The notes under the pieces: model-generated
Seen by the model: only the letters and a program-made list of their open reading frames with translations
What the model was told of the DNA's origin: nothing
The model's database searches: none
Program-made: the position numbers and the translations under genes
Assembly: GCF_006345805.1 (NCBI RefSeq)
Contig: NC_043009.1
Location: 55,800,001 to 55,864,000, forward strand
Source: Octopus sinensis
Taxonomy: Eukaryota
Direction: 5' to 3'
Length of the DNA: 64,000 nucleotides
Shown: in pieces, positions 41,406-54,732 of the stretch
Layout of the letters: the number at the start of each line of letters is the position of its first letter
Position numbering within the stretch: the first letter of the stretch is position 1

Positions 41406-42696
41406 TGTTGACATTCTTTTGTTTTTGCTTCTCCTCCCGGAAGTCCCTTTTTTCCTGCTAGTCAACTTCCTATCTAGCCCGCAGCGAAGTTTCTGTCGAC
41501 AGTTCGTCTGTCACGAATTCTACTCTACACAGCTCCCTCCCCGCCAGAACTGTTGACTGTCATTGGAAACGGGAAGGCATTTTAATTGTCCTGCCCATCC
41601 GTGTGGTTAATCGATTCTTTGGTGACTGTTCCTTGTCGAGGGCCACTTGAATGGGGCTGTCACTATCGAGATGGGCCGGTTTCAATCTAACGATGGAGAC
41701 TGTCTTGTCGTCCACCAATTAGGAGTTGGAATGCTTTATCTCCCGGATGTATGACTTGATATGGACCATCGTAGGGTGACTGGAAGGGTTTTCGTCGTGT
41801 GTCATGTGGAACGAACACAAAGTTAGCCGTGCGGAGGTCATTCGGTACCGATGATCTGGATGTACCGTGTGTCGACATGGGCACAGGGTTCCCCCGGCCC
41901 ACGCTGTCTCTCAGCTGATAGAGATACCTTTTGACATCCGGCTCTGACTTCGTATTTGGAAGGAACTCTCCTGGCACTGTAAGGGGAGCGCCGTAAACCA
42001 TTTCCGCGGAGGAAGTGTTGAAATTTTCTTTTGGGGCGGTGCGGATTCCCAGCATCACCCATGGGAGTTGGTCAATCCAATTTGGTCCGTTAAGTCTGGT
42101 TGTCATGGTTGTCATGAAATCTCTCCACTAATCCGTTGGCCTGTGGGAGGTAGGATGTTGTGCAGTTCATCGTGATTCCAAAAAGGTCACACACGTCATT
42201 CCACATCTTTGAGATGAGCTGTGGACCACCCCAATCGGATGAGATGCTATCTGGGACACCGAAACAGGCGACACAGTATGCGATTAAGGCTCGGCTGACT
42301 TCTTGTATTTCCGAGCTGCAGAGAGGGATAGCTTCAGGCCAACGGGTGTAGTTGTTTACAAAGGTCAATAGATACGAGCGACCCTGTGAAGGAGGTCGGG
42401 GCCGACAAGGTCGATGTTAGCATGGCTGAATCAGGCCTGAGTTGGTTCATAGTTGCCGAGGGATGCTTTGGTGTGTTAATGGACTTTGGCTTGTTGACAG
42501 GGGATGCAGGACCTAGTCCAGTCCCCGATTCGCTTGGCCATACCGTGCCAGATAAATTTGCTTGACAGCAACGGCCGTGTGGCTTTAGTATCTGGGTGGG
42601 AAAGTCCGTGAATGATGTCGAAAACTTTCTTGCGCCAGACTGATGGGACGATCGGTCGTGGCTTCCCAGTGGATACGTCACAAAGTAAGGTTGTGC
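41406..42696 (-). mobile_element. Gypsy (Ty3) LTR retrotransposon relic: integrase plus PPT and short LTR-like end
   Basis: Zn-finger region (IHGLSHP...CIPCQQ), core (YTRWPEAIPL...GVPDSISSD...PQANGLVERFH), WIDQLPWVMLGIRTAPK and a GPY module, all frameshifted. Purine tract gggagggagc precedes TG...CA at 41531-41406. Confidence 0.8.
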
Positions 42697-43348
42697 CAGT
42701 ACTGGTACTTTATTGTATCAACACCAAAAGAACGAAAGTCAAAGCTGACCTCAGAACGTAAAGCTTCTCCCATGCGACAATTGACATTTTCCGCCCATGC
42801 AAGTCCGGTACTTTGATAAATGCAACGCTCGAACCTCTCAGACTTTGAAACACATATGTAATCTAAGAGCCAAATATAAAAATATATTTAGTCATATGTA
42901 GTTGTCCAACCAAATGCTGGTTGTTGAAAATGAATGAAAAGATAGGTAAGACACAAGTAGTTTTCAAAAATTTCCCTTTATTCTGTTACTTTCAGATCTT
43001 TCATTATAATCCATAATTTTCTCGCTGGCTTTCTTTCAAATAAACATAGGCAGTTATATATAAATTTTCTTTTATTTTTAAGCTAGTTCCCTTGTGTCTT
43101 CCTCTTGCTGTTTCTACGTACATTTTTACTTTCTAAAAGCGGTTATCTTTTGATATAATGATGCTTTCATTTTTTGTTATCTACATATAAAGACACTTGA
43201 TTTCTAATACATATTTATGGTATAACAAACCATGAAAAAACTGTATTTCTTTAACAAATGATCATCGACTGCACATAAGGCGTTGATATACAATCCGGAT
43301 TATCAATGTTAGTTATACAATGTGTGATTTTCTATGAATCATTCTTCT

Positions 43349-43473
43349 CTATTGGCTTTCTGTCCCTCCTAATTTTTTCTGATGATTTTCTTTAAGTTGT
43401 CGTCGAGCCTCGTCAATAATTTTTATGAGCGACAGAGTATCAGAATGGGTGTGAGCGGGGCATTCAAGTTCAC
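43349..43473 (-). CDS. DHDH: DHDH copy C exon 7 (terminal)
   Basis: aag|GELECPAHTHSDTLSLIKIIDEARRQLKENHQKKLGGTESQ*. Confidence 0.8.
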
Positions 43474-44286
43474 CTTAAAAAAAAATGGAAAACGAAAAAG
43501 ATTATACAAATATAGCAAAGGATTTTTTCTTTCGTCTTTCTTGCCTATGTGTACAAATTTTCTGCTGATACATACAAAGGCGCAAAACACACACATTTGC
43601 ATTCGTTGGTGGTCCCACACATACTGAATCGAAAAACATTGATTAAGAGGTATTATTCAAGGAATTACTCAACAAATATGCTTTCTAGGAGGTGTTTAAA
43701 CTCTGCACATAAAAAGACAATTCCAATTAAGTCATTTGACTAAACTTTTCGTGGATAGTAAAAGAGGGAACAGCTGTAAGTTTCGATTCTTATTGGAATC
43801 GTCATCAGCAATCGTATACTGTCCTTAATAATCCTCGGGACGTTGATTTAAAATATGCCTACTAGTCAATAATTTTAGGGCTTATGGTAAACAGGTTACA
43901 CTAATTTCCACGTTTTTCTTGGGAACGAGATCGAACATTGCTTAGCTAGTATGTGAATGTTTCGTTTTACAACTATTCTTTATATTACTATGCAAAAAGT
44001 CCGTGTCCGTTACTTGGGTTTCAGTTTCCTCCTTGACTCTGTATCAATTTCTATTGTATAATATAATTTGTAAGAAGATACACATACATACACAGATGAT
44101 GTGTTGGAACAGCTGTATAGTAAATATTTCCTGTAGATTAACCGTAGGATTGAATGCAACGTGGAATGTGAGCGGCAGGTTTTAGACTCGGTCATTAATC
44201 ACCGAAATTAATTACTGCTCCGCGTGTTACCATCTGTGCTATCCTTACAAACCTATTAATAATACCACAATAAGATGTGTTAATGC

Positions 44287-44345
<59 letters not shown>

Positions 44346-44347
<2 letters not shown>

Positions 44348-44913
44348 GACCTGATATAGTACCAGGCAGTAGCTTCCATGGCTTCTTATCTTAATTGATT
44401 GAAAGTGTGATCATGTACATTGTTTGTCTTGGTACAAAATATGGGCTACAGCAAATATTCTGCTCAATACCACAGATTTATCAGTTGTTTGACCGTAACC
44501 AGCTTTTTGACTTTGTCAGTTGAGCATGCCCCTTAGTGGCTGACGATATATGCATCTCTGAACACGAGCAGAAGTAGTGGAGGAGCATCATAGGCATGTG
44601 TTGAAAAGGATTCTTTGGGGTTTGGATAATTCACCTCTGGAAACGTGGGTGTTTCGTTCAACGTCCTCAAACAACCCTTATTCAGGGATCTCCTGAGCGG
44701 GATGGGCTACTCAACCAGAAGAAAATTCCTACTGAGCCCTACATGCAAGGTCACACGATGTTTATCTTGATATGAGATTAGCGTGTCGCGCATATATGGT
44801 TGTGATGCATGTGCCTGGTGTACCCTTATCAGACGGGTAGTCATAATGGGTATACTGGGCTTCGTATATTTTACCCCAGTGTCACTTTGATGGTACGCAC
44901 TGCTCGCTCACTC
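44346..44913 (+). repeat. Interspersed repeat family X, longest copy
   Basis: Flanked by (TAA)n at 44288-44345 and (TAG)/(TAA)n after 44913; matches 26209-26673. Confidence 0.7.
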
Positions 44914-44915
44914 GA

Positions 44916-44956
<41 letters not shown>

Positions 44957-45156
44957 CTACTACTACTACTACTAATAATAATAATAATATTAATAATAAT
45001 AATAATGATAATAATAATAACAATAATAATTTTGCCATAAGGGCAGCAATTTGGGGGGTGGGGTGATGAGTCGATTACATTGACCCATCGAGTCCCAAAC
45101 GATGGAAAGCAAAGTCGACCTCGGCAGAATTAATAATAATAAAAATGATGATGATG

Positions 45157-45189
<33 letters not shown>

Positions 45190-45203
45190 GCAACAACAAC
45201 AAC

Positions 45204-45233
<30 letters not shown>

Positions 45234-45234
<1 letters not shown>

Positions 45235-46125
45235 GCCCTGACCCATCAATGGCTAATGGTCTCTAGCTTAAAATCTGAAACAGAAGTGTTTATCATAGCA
45301 GCCCAAAATCAATGCCTACCTACAAGGAACTACCAGGCCAACATATTAAAGAACGGCAGTAGCCCAACATGTCGTGTGTGTCAACAACAAAATGAAACCA
45401 TTGATCATGTTGTCTCCAAGTGCAGTCTTCTTGCGGCTACAGAGTATCTCAACAGGCATGATAGAGCTGCACAATATGTTCACTGGGTAATTTGCAAAAG
45501 CCTGGACTTGCCCCATGATAAAAACTGGTGGGAACACAAACCACCTCTAGTGCTTGAAAATGACCACATCTCACTCCTCTGGAACTTCCCCATTCAAACT
45601 GACAGAAAGATAGACGCGAATAGGCCAGACATCATAGTAAAAGACTTCAGAGAAAAAACATGCCTCCTCATTGATATGACTGTCCCAATCGATATAAACG
45701 TATCTGTTCAGACCTACCAGAAACTGAGCAAATATAAAGATCTGGAAATAGAAATCAGCAAAATGTGGAACCGGAAGACTAAAACAATACCTGTTGTCAT
45801 AGGTGCCCTGGGAATGATAGCAAAAGAGGCTGATTGCTACCTAACTCAGATACGAGGAAACCCCAAAATGGCAGAAATTCAAAAGATAGTGCTCATGGGA
45901 ACTGCTCATATCCTACACAAAATACTTTCTATGTAATCTCAAGTTTTAAAACAAACATAATTTTCGTATGGTTTTTTAAGGCATTCACTAGTACAACACT
46001 AAGTACAGAACCAAATATATGGTACCCTAGACATAACACCAACATGAACTTCCAACTTGTCTCTTGAGGTCTCTGGGTGAGACTTGGAGCCAGCTTGTGC
46101 AAATGTAAAGCAAAAGTCAAACATA

Positions 46126-46127
<2 letters not shown>
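45234..46127 (+). mobile_element. R4/Dong-clade non-LTR retrotransposon, strongly 5'-truncated (Zn knuckle + restriction-like endonuclease + 3' UTR)
   Basis: LKSETEVFIIAAQ, CRVC..ETIDHVVSKC, RHD, RPDIIV..D, KLSKYKDL; stop at 45936; (TAA)n on both sides. Confidence 0.85.
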
Positions 46128-46180
<53 letters not shown>

Positions 46181-46185
<5 letters not shown>

Positions 46186-49100
46186 CATTTAAAAGAAAAA
46201 ATACACCAGGAAAATGTAGATAGAAGCCACACAACAATGCCCAATAATATAAACACTGAAACTGTAAAACACGAAGACAAACGCAACATTCCCAACAAAC
46301 ACGATGTAAACAACGAAGGGGAGCCTAATGATTATGATAATATAAAAAATAAAATAATCAAAGAACTAAAAACCACAGAGCTCAAAATGGACCACCGACC
46401 ATACCTCCCAAGAATAAAAATAAACGCAATAACAACACCAATTATAAACAACATAAACCTAGCCGTCACTGAACTAGCCACTGAAACAAAAAAAAGTGAT
46501 ATCACTGAACTAAATGACTTGATATACGCAGCAGCCACTGCAGCCACAAAAGAAGCCGGATACTCACCCAAACCCGCCCAAACAGGAGTACCACCACCCA
46601 AACAAACCCTGTGGATAAATAACATCCAAAACAAAATTTAAAAAAATTAGAAAAGACCTGTCGATTCTTAATGAAATCAGCAAACAAGCAACGCTACTGA
46701 GCAACAAAAAGAGAACAAAAATGCTCCGCAAATATAACATCACAGAAAAAGATTTGCCGGAGATAAAAGAAAAGCTGAAGCAAGATATCCTTGCCAAAGC
46801 TCAAAGGATCCGCCGGTACGAGAAACGCCAACGCTTCTTTGAACAGAACAAAAAGTTCAACTCCGACCCCAAAAAGTTCTACCAAGAACTGGGCAAAAAT
46901 AAAATAGAAGTCACTGCAGCACCAACGGCAGAAGAATTGGAAGAATTCTGGAAAGAAATATGGTCGGCGAACGAACAGCCAAAAAAAAGAAGTATGAAAA
47001 TAACAAACTCGGCATCTGAACAACTTTGGACCCCCATAACAACTGAAGATGTCACCCAGGCACTGCAAAAACTAAGCAACTGGAAGGCACCTGGGCATGA
47101 CAAGATCCCCAACTTCTGGTTGAAATATTTAACAGGAATGCACAAAAAGCTGGCTGAAAACTTTAACAGCATACTAGCAGAGCCAGAGACAATGCCTGAA
47201 TGGCTCACGAAGGGGAAAACCATCTTAATTCCCAAATCAAATGAAATAACAAAACCAGAAAACTACAGACCAATAACCTGCCTCCCTACTATGTTCAAGG
47301 CATTTACTGCAGTGATATTGCAAAGGCTGAACAAGCACCTGGACGAAAACAAACTGTTCCCAGAAGAGCAGAAAGGATGCCGCAAGGGCTCATATGGCTG
47401 TAAAGATCAACTAATGATTAATAAAGCCGTAACTGAAGACAGCCACAGAAAGAAGAAAGGCCTCAGTATGGCCTGGATTGACTACAAAAAGGCGTTTGAT
47501 AGCATTCCCCACACATGGATCCTCGAAACACTAGCCATTAACAAAGTAGCACCAACAATCATAAAATTCATAGAGCACTCTATGAATAAATGGCAAACAG
47601 TCCTACACCTCCAAACAAAAAAGGGACTCATGAAAATCAAAGACATTCCCATTAGAAGAGGAATATTCCAGGGAGACACGCTCTCTCCACTCCTTTTCTG
47701 CTTGGCACTGTCACCTCTATCTGATATGCTAAATAGAACTGGATGCGGATATAAATGTTACGGCAAAACGATCAGCCACCTTTTATATATGGATGACCTA
47801 AAACTATACGCTGCAAATGACAAACAGCTGGAAACACTATTAAAGACAGTTCATGGATTTACCAAAGAAATAGATATGAAATTTGGATTAGAAAAATGCG
47901 CCAAAGTAACCATGAAAAGAGGAAAACTAGTTAAGAGTAACAACATCACACTAGATAAAACCAATGAAATAAAAGAATTAGACCAAAGCCAAACTTACAA
48001 ATACTTAGGAATCCATGAAGTAGATAAGACACAACACACACAAATGAAAGAGAAAATAAAAAAAGAATATTATAGACGAGTTAGATCAATACTAAAAACA
48101 GAGCTCAATGCTAAAAACAAGATAATAGGTATCAACACTTTAGCTGTCCCAGTTATAAGTTACAGCTACAATATCCTTAACTGGAGACGAAATGAACTGT
48201 CCAAAATAGATAGGAAAACAAGAAAAATACTGACAGGATCTAGGATGCATCACCCAAAATCTGACATAGAAAGACTATATATACAACGTATAGAAGGTGG
48301 TAGAGGCCTTATACAGCTGGAAAACTACTATAAAATAACCACCATAGGACTGCAAAAATACCTACTTCAGAAGGAAGGAAAACTGATCCAGATAGCAGCA
48401 AAACACGAGCAAAACAAAAAACTGTTCTCAGTATTTAAGGAAGCTGACAAATACAAACAAGAAATCATACCACCTAATAAACACAAAGAAGAAGAAGAAG
48501 ATGATGAAGAAACAACAAAAGCTATAAAACAAATGAAATCCAAACTAAAAATAGAACAGCAACGAGCCATGATAAAACGATGGCAACAAAAGCCCCTTCA
48601 TGGTAAATACTGCACTAAACTAAACGCAAAAGAAATAGACAAAGAAAAATCCCAGCAATGGTTGAGAAGCTCAGGACTCAAAGCAGAAACATAGGGATTT
48701 TTAATTGCAGCACAAGACCAAAGCCTCCCCACCAGAAATTACCAAAAACATGTAATGAAAAGAAATATTACAAGTAACTGCAGAATATGTGGAGATGGAC
48801 AAGAAACAATAAATCATATTATCTCTAGCTGCCCAGTCCTGGCTAAGAAGGAATATATTCACAGACATGACAGAGTTGGAACCTACATACATTGGAAGCT
48901 ATGCCAACATTATGGAATAACAACAGAAAAAAGATGGTATAGGCACACACCAGAAAAGGTCACAGAAAACGAGAAAGCAACCATACTCTGGGATATGCCG
49001 ATACACACAGATAGAGAAATTAAGGCCAACAGACCAGATATAGTTGTCAGAGATCATGAAGAAAAAAAATGCTTTCTAATTGATGTATCAATACCGGCAG

Positions 49101-49446
49101 ATGACAACGTGTCTCTAAAAGAAATGGAGAAACTTTCAAAATACAAAGACCTGGAAATAGAGGTAACCAGAATGTGGAACCTGAAAACAGAAACAATTCC
49201 TATCATAGTAGGTGCATTAGGCATGATAAAAAAATATTCAGACAAATACATAACAAAAACACCAGGACTTACAAACACATATAACATACAGAAAATTGCA
49301 CTACTAGGTACTGCACACATCCTACGCAGAACACTTTCCATACAATAACCATCAGAGCATCACAACAAATCACAGCACATACCCAAGGCACACAGAGCTG
49401 CGCTCGGTAGTGAAGTGAAAGCACGCTATAAAAATAAAACTACTGA
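46181..49446 (+). mobile_element. R4/Dong-clade non-LTR retrotransposon, near-complete ORF (RT + CCHC + RLE) with two lesions
   Basis: ORFs 46237-46641, 46721-48694 and 48755-49348 join into one frame of about 1037 codons after removing one extra T (about 46639) and one TAG (48692-48694, in KAET*GFLIAAQ). Motifs KAPGHD, DYKKAFD, GIFQGDTLSP, YMDD, CRIC..HIISSC, RPDIVV. (TAA)n on both sides. Confidence 0.93.
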
Positions 49447-49717
49447 ATAATAATAATAATAATAAAAAATAATATGTGAATGATCCCTGGCTTACCATCC
49501 CTGCAAGAAGTGTACAAAAGATTGTCTTAACTGGTACATCACACGTATTGAGAAGAGCATTGTCGATGTGAGAATTATTACTACCCATGTCGCGCACATA
49601 TGGTTGTGATGCATGTGCCTGGTGTACCCTTATCAGACGGGTAGTCATGATGGGTATACTGGGCTTCGTATATTTTACCCCAGTGTCACTTTGATGGCAT
49701 GCTCTGCTCGCTCACTC

Positions 49718-49742
49718 AATAATAATAATAATAATAATAATG

Positions 49743-49816
<74 letters not shown>

Positions 49817-49818
49817 AA
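49718..49818. repeat. (TAA)n/(TGA)n microsatellite
   Basis: Directly visible. Confidence 0.9.
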
Positions 49819-50055
49819 TGAAGGTGAATTCTTTTATTTCCCACCAATGCCAAGGCTGAGAGCAATAATGCAAAGATAGACAAAGTGTTGGGGTTTATAT
49901 ATAATGAAATGACAAAGAAAAAAGGAGTAATTAAACACGATATACACAGTATACAAAGGTAAAAAGAAAAAAAGAGACGATAGTGATGTAAGTCCTCCTG
50001 ATATAGGAGGGCTTCTAGGGATAATCGAGGAACTCTACCGCTTAAGATCTCCCTT

Positions 50056-50122
50056 AACACGCAAATATCTGCAAGATCATCAGGATAGACCATGCTGATG
50101 ATCTTGCAGATATTTGCGTGTT
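50056..50122. other. Perfect 28-bp hairpin with 11-nt loop (pre-miRNA-sized), intron 6 of copy C
   Basis: aacacgcaaatatctgcaagatcatcag / gatagaccatg / ctgatgatcttgcagatatttgcgtgtt. The structure is certain; its function is unknown. Confidence 0.8.
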
Positions 50123-50416
50123 CATGTACGTAAATATTAACAAGTGAAACCAATGGTACATAGGTAATCGTTTTTTTATATTTCGCATATTTTCATATGT
50201 CTTGCTTATTTTTACATTTTGTTTTTTTGCTGAGATTTTTCTTGAGAACACATTATTCGTGGTAATGGCGATTTGACGTCTATGTTTAGCATGCAGGGTG
50301 TCCACTTTAGTGGTCATTCCTCTAAATTTTGTGTGTGTATATATATATATATGCATTAGTTGTAGTAGTGTCAGAAACTTCACAGTAGTAGTAGCAGTAG
50401 TAGTAGTAGTAGTAGT

Positions 50417-50472
<56 letters not shown>

Positions 50473-50566
50473 GAGGAGGAGGAGGAGGAGGAGGTGGAGC
50501 CTCAACAATTATCCAGTTATATGATAGTACACTTTTAATAAAAGTGATGGAACACATCAAACTTAC

Positions 50567-50717
50567 CCTTCTCGAAACATTGGCGTACAGCTTCAGCTTC
50601 GTAAGCTAATCCAGCGCTATTGGGGTAATTATACTCAGCATCAGATTTAGGGAGTGGAAATTCTCTTTCTTCTCCATTTATCTCGATTTTGGTAGTGCTC
50701 CAAAATGGTGAATGTAT
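50567..50717 (-). CDS. DHDH: DHDH copy C exon 6
   Basis: 151 bp; IHSPFWSTTKIEINGEEREFPLPKSDAEYNYPNSAGLAYEAEAVRQCFEK. Confidence 0.85.
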
Positions 50718-50977
50718 CTGTTGAAACAGGAGCATACAGTAAATGCGTCAAAGCAGTTTGCTTTAATTTCTTGACTATTAATGCTGAATATGTTGGAGTT
50801 AGCGCAATAAATTGATGAATAACTTGAATGTTAGATTTAGTACAATAGTTGTCTTTCATTAACGACGCCTTATCTTTTGAATGTGAACAATGGCTACAAT
50901 AGCAGTTAATTTTAATTCTAAATCAACTCGCCATAAATTTAATTTTAAAATTATTTTTAGATGAAATGATTACTTAC

Positions 50978-51102
50978 GTAAATTTTGCCTTGAGTTCCAT
51001 AAATATATGCGTCACTTTTTTTTGTCACAGTACCATCATAGGACAAAGAAGCTTTGGCTCCATCCTTGTAAGTCAAAATAAGATTGGCAGATTGGTCGAC
51101 AC
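50978..51102 (-). CDS. DHDH: DHDH copy C exon 5
   Basis: 125 bp; GVDQSANLILTYKDGAKASLSYDGTVTKKSDAYIYGTQGKIY. Confidence 0.85.
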
Positions 51103-52493
51103 CTTTTCCAAATGAAACAATATCATTTCTTATATTTCGTTTTTACATAAATGCAATCATGGCATACAAATCACCACATCTAGGAGTATGACAAGCATGA
51201 ATATTATCATCTGTGTTTATCCCACGTTTGCATGGTCTATCAATACAACATACCTGTATACACCTCAATCCTTTGCTATTCTAATTGTGATGCTTAACAA
51301 AATCAAGTTTGAGCTACAAACAGAAGGCGTGTATGTTAATGTACCATGAGATGAAGTAGGGTTTTAATGTTTTTATATTCATTTTTAATTTGGTTTATGC
51401 CTACACCTGGCATCACTAATAAAAACTCTGTCTTCTGTAATAAGTTATGAATATATTAATCAGTTTTACACTCAACCGAAATATATACATATGCCAAACC
51501 GCTTCGTTACACAGTATAAGCAATATCAGTTTTTAAACTAGTAAGCATAAACACAGACATAGACACACATCACATACACATGGAATGGGTTTCTGTACAG
51601 TTTCAGATAAGCAAATTCACACATCGCTCAAATCAAAGCGATAGACGATAGTTGAAGAGTCCCGTCTTAAGTGATATGCTTTGTAGTGGAACTGAATCCA
51701 GAACTAGATGGTTGCAAAATAAATTTTTGAACCACACAGCCATATCTGAACTTAAGTATGTCACTTATGCATAATAGGATATAACATATTTTTTATTAAA
51801 GTCTTCCTTTGGCTAAGAAACTTAACAATTAATTGTTCAGTCAACTAGAAATTACATCGTATTTCTCCTCTTTACCAACAACCATTATGCAGCTGTATAT
51901 CACCCACTCTGTCTTTCTTTCTCCCTCTTTTCCATTCTTCGTCACTCTATCACCTCACTCCTCTAATGTTGGTTCTCTTCTATTACTCCTTTTACTTTCA
52001 CTGTCCTTCCTAATATGGGTCTCTTCCTTTCAAGTAGTGTGAGTTAAAAAAAGAACAAGTAAACAATAGATGGGAAAATGGACACTCCTTAGTCTTGAAG
52101 AGGTAAGATTTCTCTCTGATGTTAGTGAACAAACGAACTGTAAAAACATGGAGTAAATAGGACCCTTAAACCTTTCAGAGGCAAAATAATCTCTCCAGAG
52201 CCCCTGCTACGAAGAAATCACACATGCACCCAGAACACTCTGCAAATATTTGGTTTTGGAAGAGCATCCAGCAATAGAAACCATGCCAGAAATGTAAAAT
52301 GCGAGAGGGGATAGTCTCAGACTTAAGAAAGCAGTCAGAACAAATAGGATCTGTGTGTAAGAACCCATCCATCCTATTCCAACATGGAAAAGTAGATGGA
52401 AAAGTTAATATTCAAAGGTTGGTTTCAAAAGAGCAGTTATAAAGTCTATTTTAAAAGATATTCCGCTGTACTTATAATGCTTTCCCTTTCTAG

Positions 52494-52550
<57 letters not shown>

Positions 52551-52891
52551 ACTGCATAATAAGGTTCATTAATTAAGACAGCAAAGTGTAATTTGAAGAA
52601 GCTCTCATCTTTAGCAAATTGAGCTAATAGTCCTTTTGTTGACTCCAAAGGTCATTTTTCTTAGTGGAAACCGTCACCGCCTCTTCAACTACTTCCTTAT
52701 TGAGAAGGAATTGTATTTGTTTGGCAAGGGATTTTTAATCTGTTATTGTATGTTGAAACTAATACATTTACAACATTGTAGGAAATTTTCCGTCTGGTCA
52801 GAGATAATATATTCTCCACTTTATTTCACGGGCCATGTCAGAATGTATAACGAATGTTTCTGATGTTATTGCAATTTTTTTTTAAAGGTGG

Positions 52892-53155
52892 AAACATTTT
52901 TTCACGCTAAGAGTTGCTGAAGCATGGAACAAACTGCCGGCATCAGTTGTTAGTTGTCGGAGCACTGCATCCTTCAAAATTTCTATGCATCTTGAGATAC
53001 GCCAACACTACACCTGATTTTCTCCCCTCCATACACACGCAAGCATGTGTCTGACTCATACACTCTTCACTTCCCAGACATTTGTACATCACTGCATATG
53101 CTTTATACGCACTTTTGACATGTTGTGGTGCACCTGAGCACTGTATACAATAATT

Positions 53156-53206
<51 letters not shown>
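52892..53206 (+). mobile_element. CR1/L2-type LINE 3' end with (ATT)n tail
   Basis: HFFTLRVAEAWNKLPASVVSCRSTASFK...* followed by UTR and (ATT)n. Confidence 0.65.
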
Positions 53207-53208
<2 letters not shown>

Positions 53209-53744
53209 GTATCTGCTGATTTAAAAGGCTACTATAATTCTACTGCAATGCAATTCTTCCGTTATTTAACATTCTCTAAAAATGTATAAACTTTCAGAAG
53301 CTACCAATATTTTCTGTGCTATTTTAAGTTTTGTTGTTGTGCTTCGTTTAATTATTAGAATGTATTCCTTCTTCAGTGAATAGTTCCTTTAAAGATAATT
53401 GGAGTCCAGCATTGGAAACTTCACAGAGAAAAATTTCTTGGAAATTACTTATATCTGCTAATGACTTGTCGAACTATGCAAATATTGACTTAATCTCCCT
53501 TTAATTATATTTCTACAATCTCTCCGCTTCCAAACACGCGCGCAACCACACACTCTCACACACACACACTCTCTTTCTCTCTCTCTCTCTCACACACACA
53601 TACACACTCACGAACACACACACGATTGCCAATAATTGAGTAAGAGGACAGAATCATAGAGATCAGAACTACGCCAACAAAGTTATCGAAATCTTTATCG
53701 AAGGTAAACAAGCAACATAAAATCTTTATTAATGATATACTTAC

Positions 53745-53996
53745 CGATATCAGTAACCACGCCAGTAGCAGTAATTGTTTCAGGTTTCTGTTTAAATATG
53801 AAGTTTGCAAGCCATATTAAGTTTATACCAATATCTATGAGAGCGCTCCTGTCCAAGAAAGCCTCAGACGCAGCGTCATTTGAAAGCATTAAATTATAAA
53901 ACATAGTCGCATCTAAGTGGCGTATTTTCCTATGGTTCCAGAGTCAATTATTTCTCTAAGGGCTTTGTAAGCTGGGAAGAATTTGGTCCACAAACC
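53745..53996 (-). pseudogene. DHDH: DHDH copy C exon 4 (1-bp frameshift)
   Basis: GLWTKFFPAYKALREIIDSGTIG then GGA AAA TA CGC (A and B have GGA xAG ATA CGC); the restored frame continues RHLDATMFY...DRSALIDIGINLIW...VVTDI. Confidence 0.8.
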
Positions 53997-54030
53997 CTGT
54001 GACAAAAAGAAAAAAAAAGATAAATAATAC

Positions 54031-54245
54031 TGATTTCAAGATTTGGTACAAGGCCAGCAGTTTCGGGGCAGGAAATAAGTCGATTACATCGATCCCAGTA
54101 CTCAACTGGAACTTATGTTATTGACCCCGGAACGATGAAAGGCAAAGTCGACCTTGGCAGAATTTGAACTTAGAACGTAAGGTCGGACGAAATGCTGCGA
54201 GGCATTTCGACCGGCGTGCTTCCGATTCTGCCAGCTCGCTGCCTT
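54031..54245 (-). mobile_element. SINE family 2
   Basis: Reverse-complement match to 34311-34539. Confidence 0.7.
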
Positions 54246-54732
54246 ATTACAAAGAAACAATATCAAAACAGGAAATAAAATTGAGAAGAGATGGGAATGA
54301 AATAAATATATAAAGTTAGGAAGAATGATATTATGAATATATATTTCAGTCACTTTCCTTTGGGTTATTCTGTGTCATGGTTTTCAATATTTTACCATTA
54401 TCTTCCGTACCTTTGTATCTATTAAATCCACTGTACAAACTTTCTTTGACTTATCAATGTTTTTTCCAATAAAATGCTAAATATATTAATCTAATTCAGC
54501 TCATAGCACGAAGAATAATTTCATTGATCCCTTTATTTATTATTTAAGATCCAATTCAGAGTATCACAACTCTACTAAGTCTGAAAACTGATCCTTTAAA
54601 TATATTTTGTTTTCATTGTTTACATACTCATTCTTTTTCTGTCTTGTGGAATTCAGCTCTCTACTGCTATCCTTTCTGCACCGTTATTTGTAAAATACTA
54701 AGGACAATCTTCTAATATTATGCCCGCTGCGT

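Noticed and set aside
49716-50609. Poly-His/Tyr and poly-Pro/Thr/Ala ORFs
   Set aside because: Microsatellite translations inside intron 6 of copy C.
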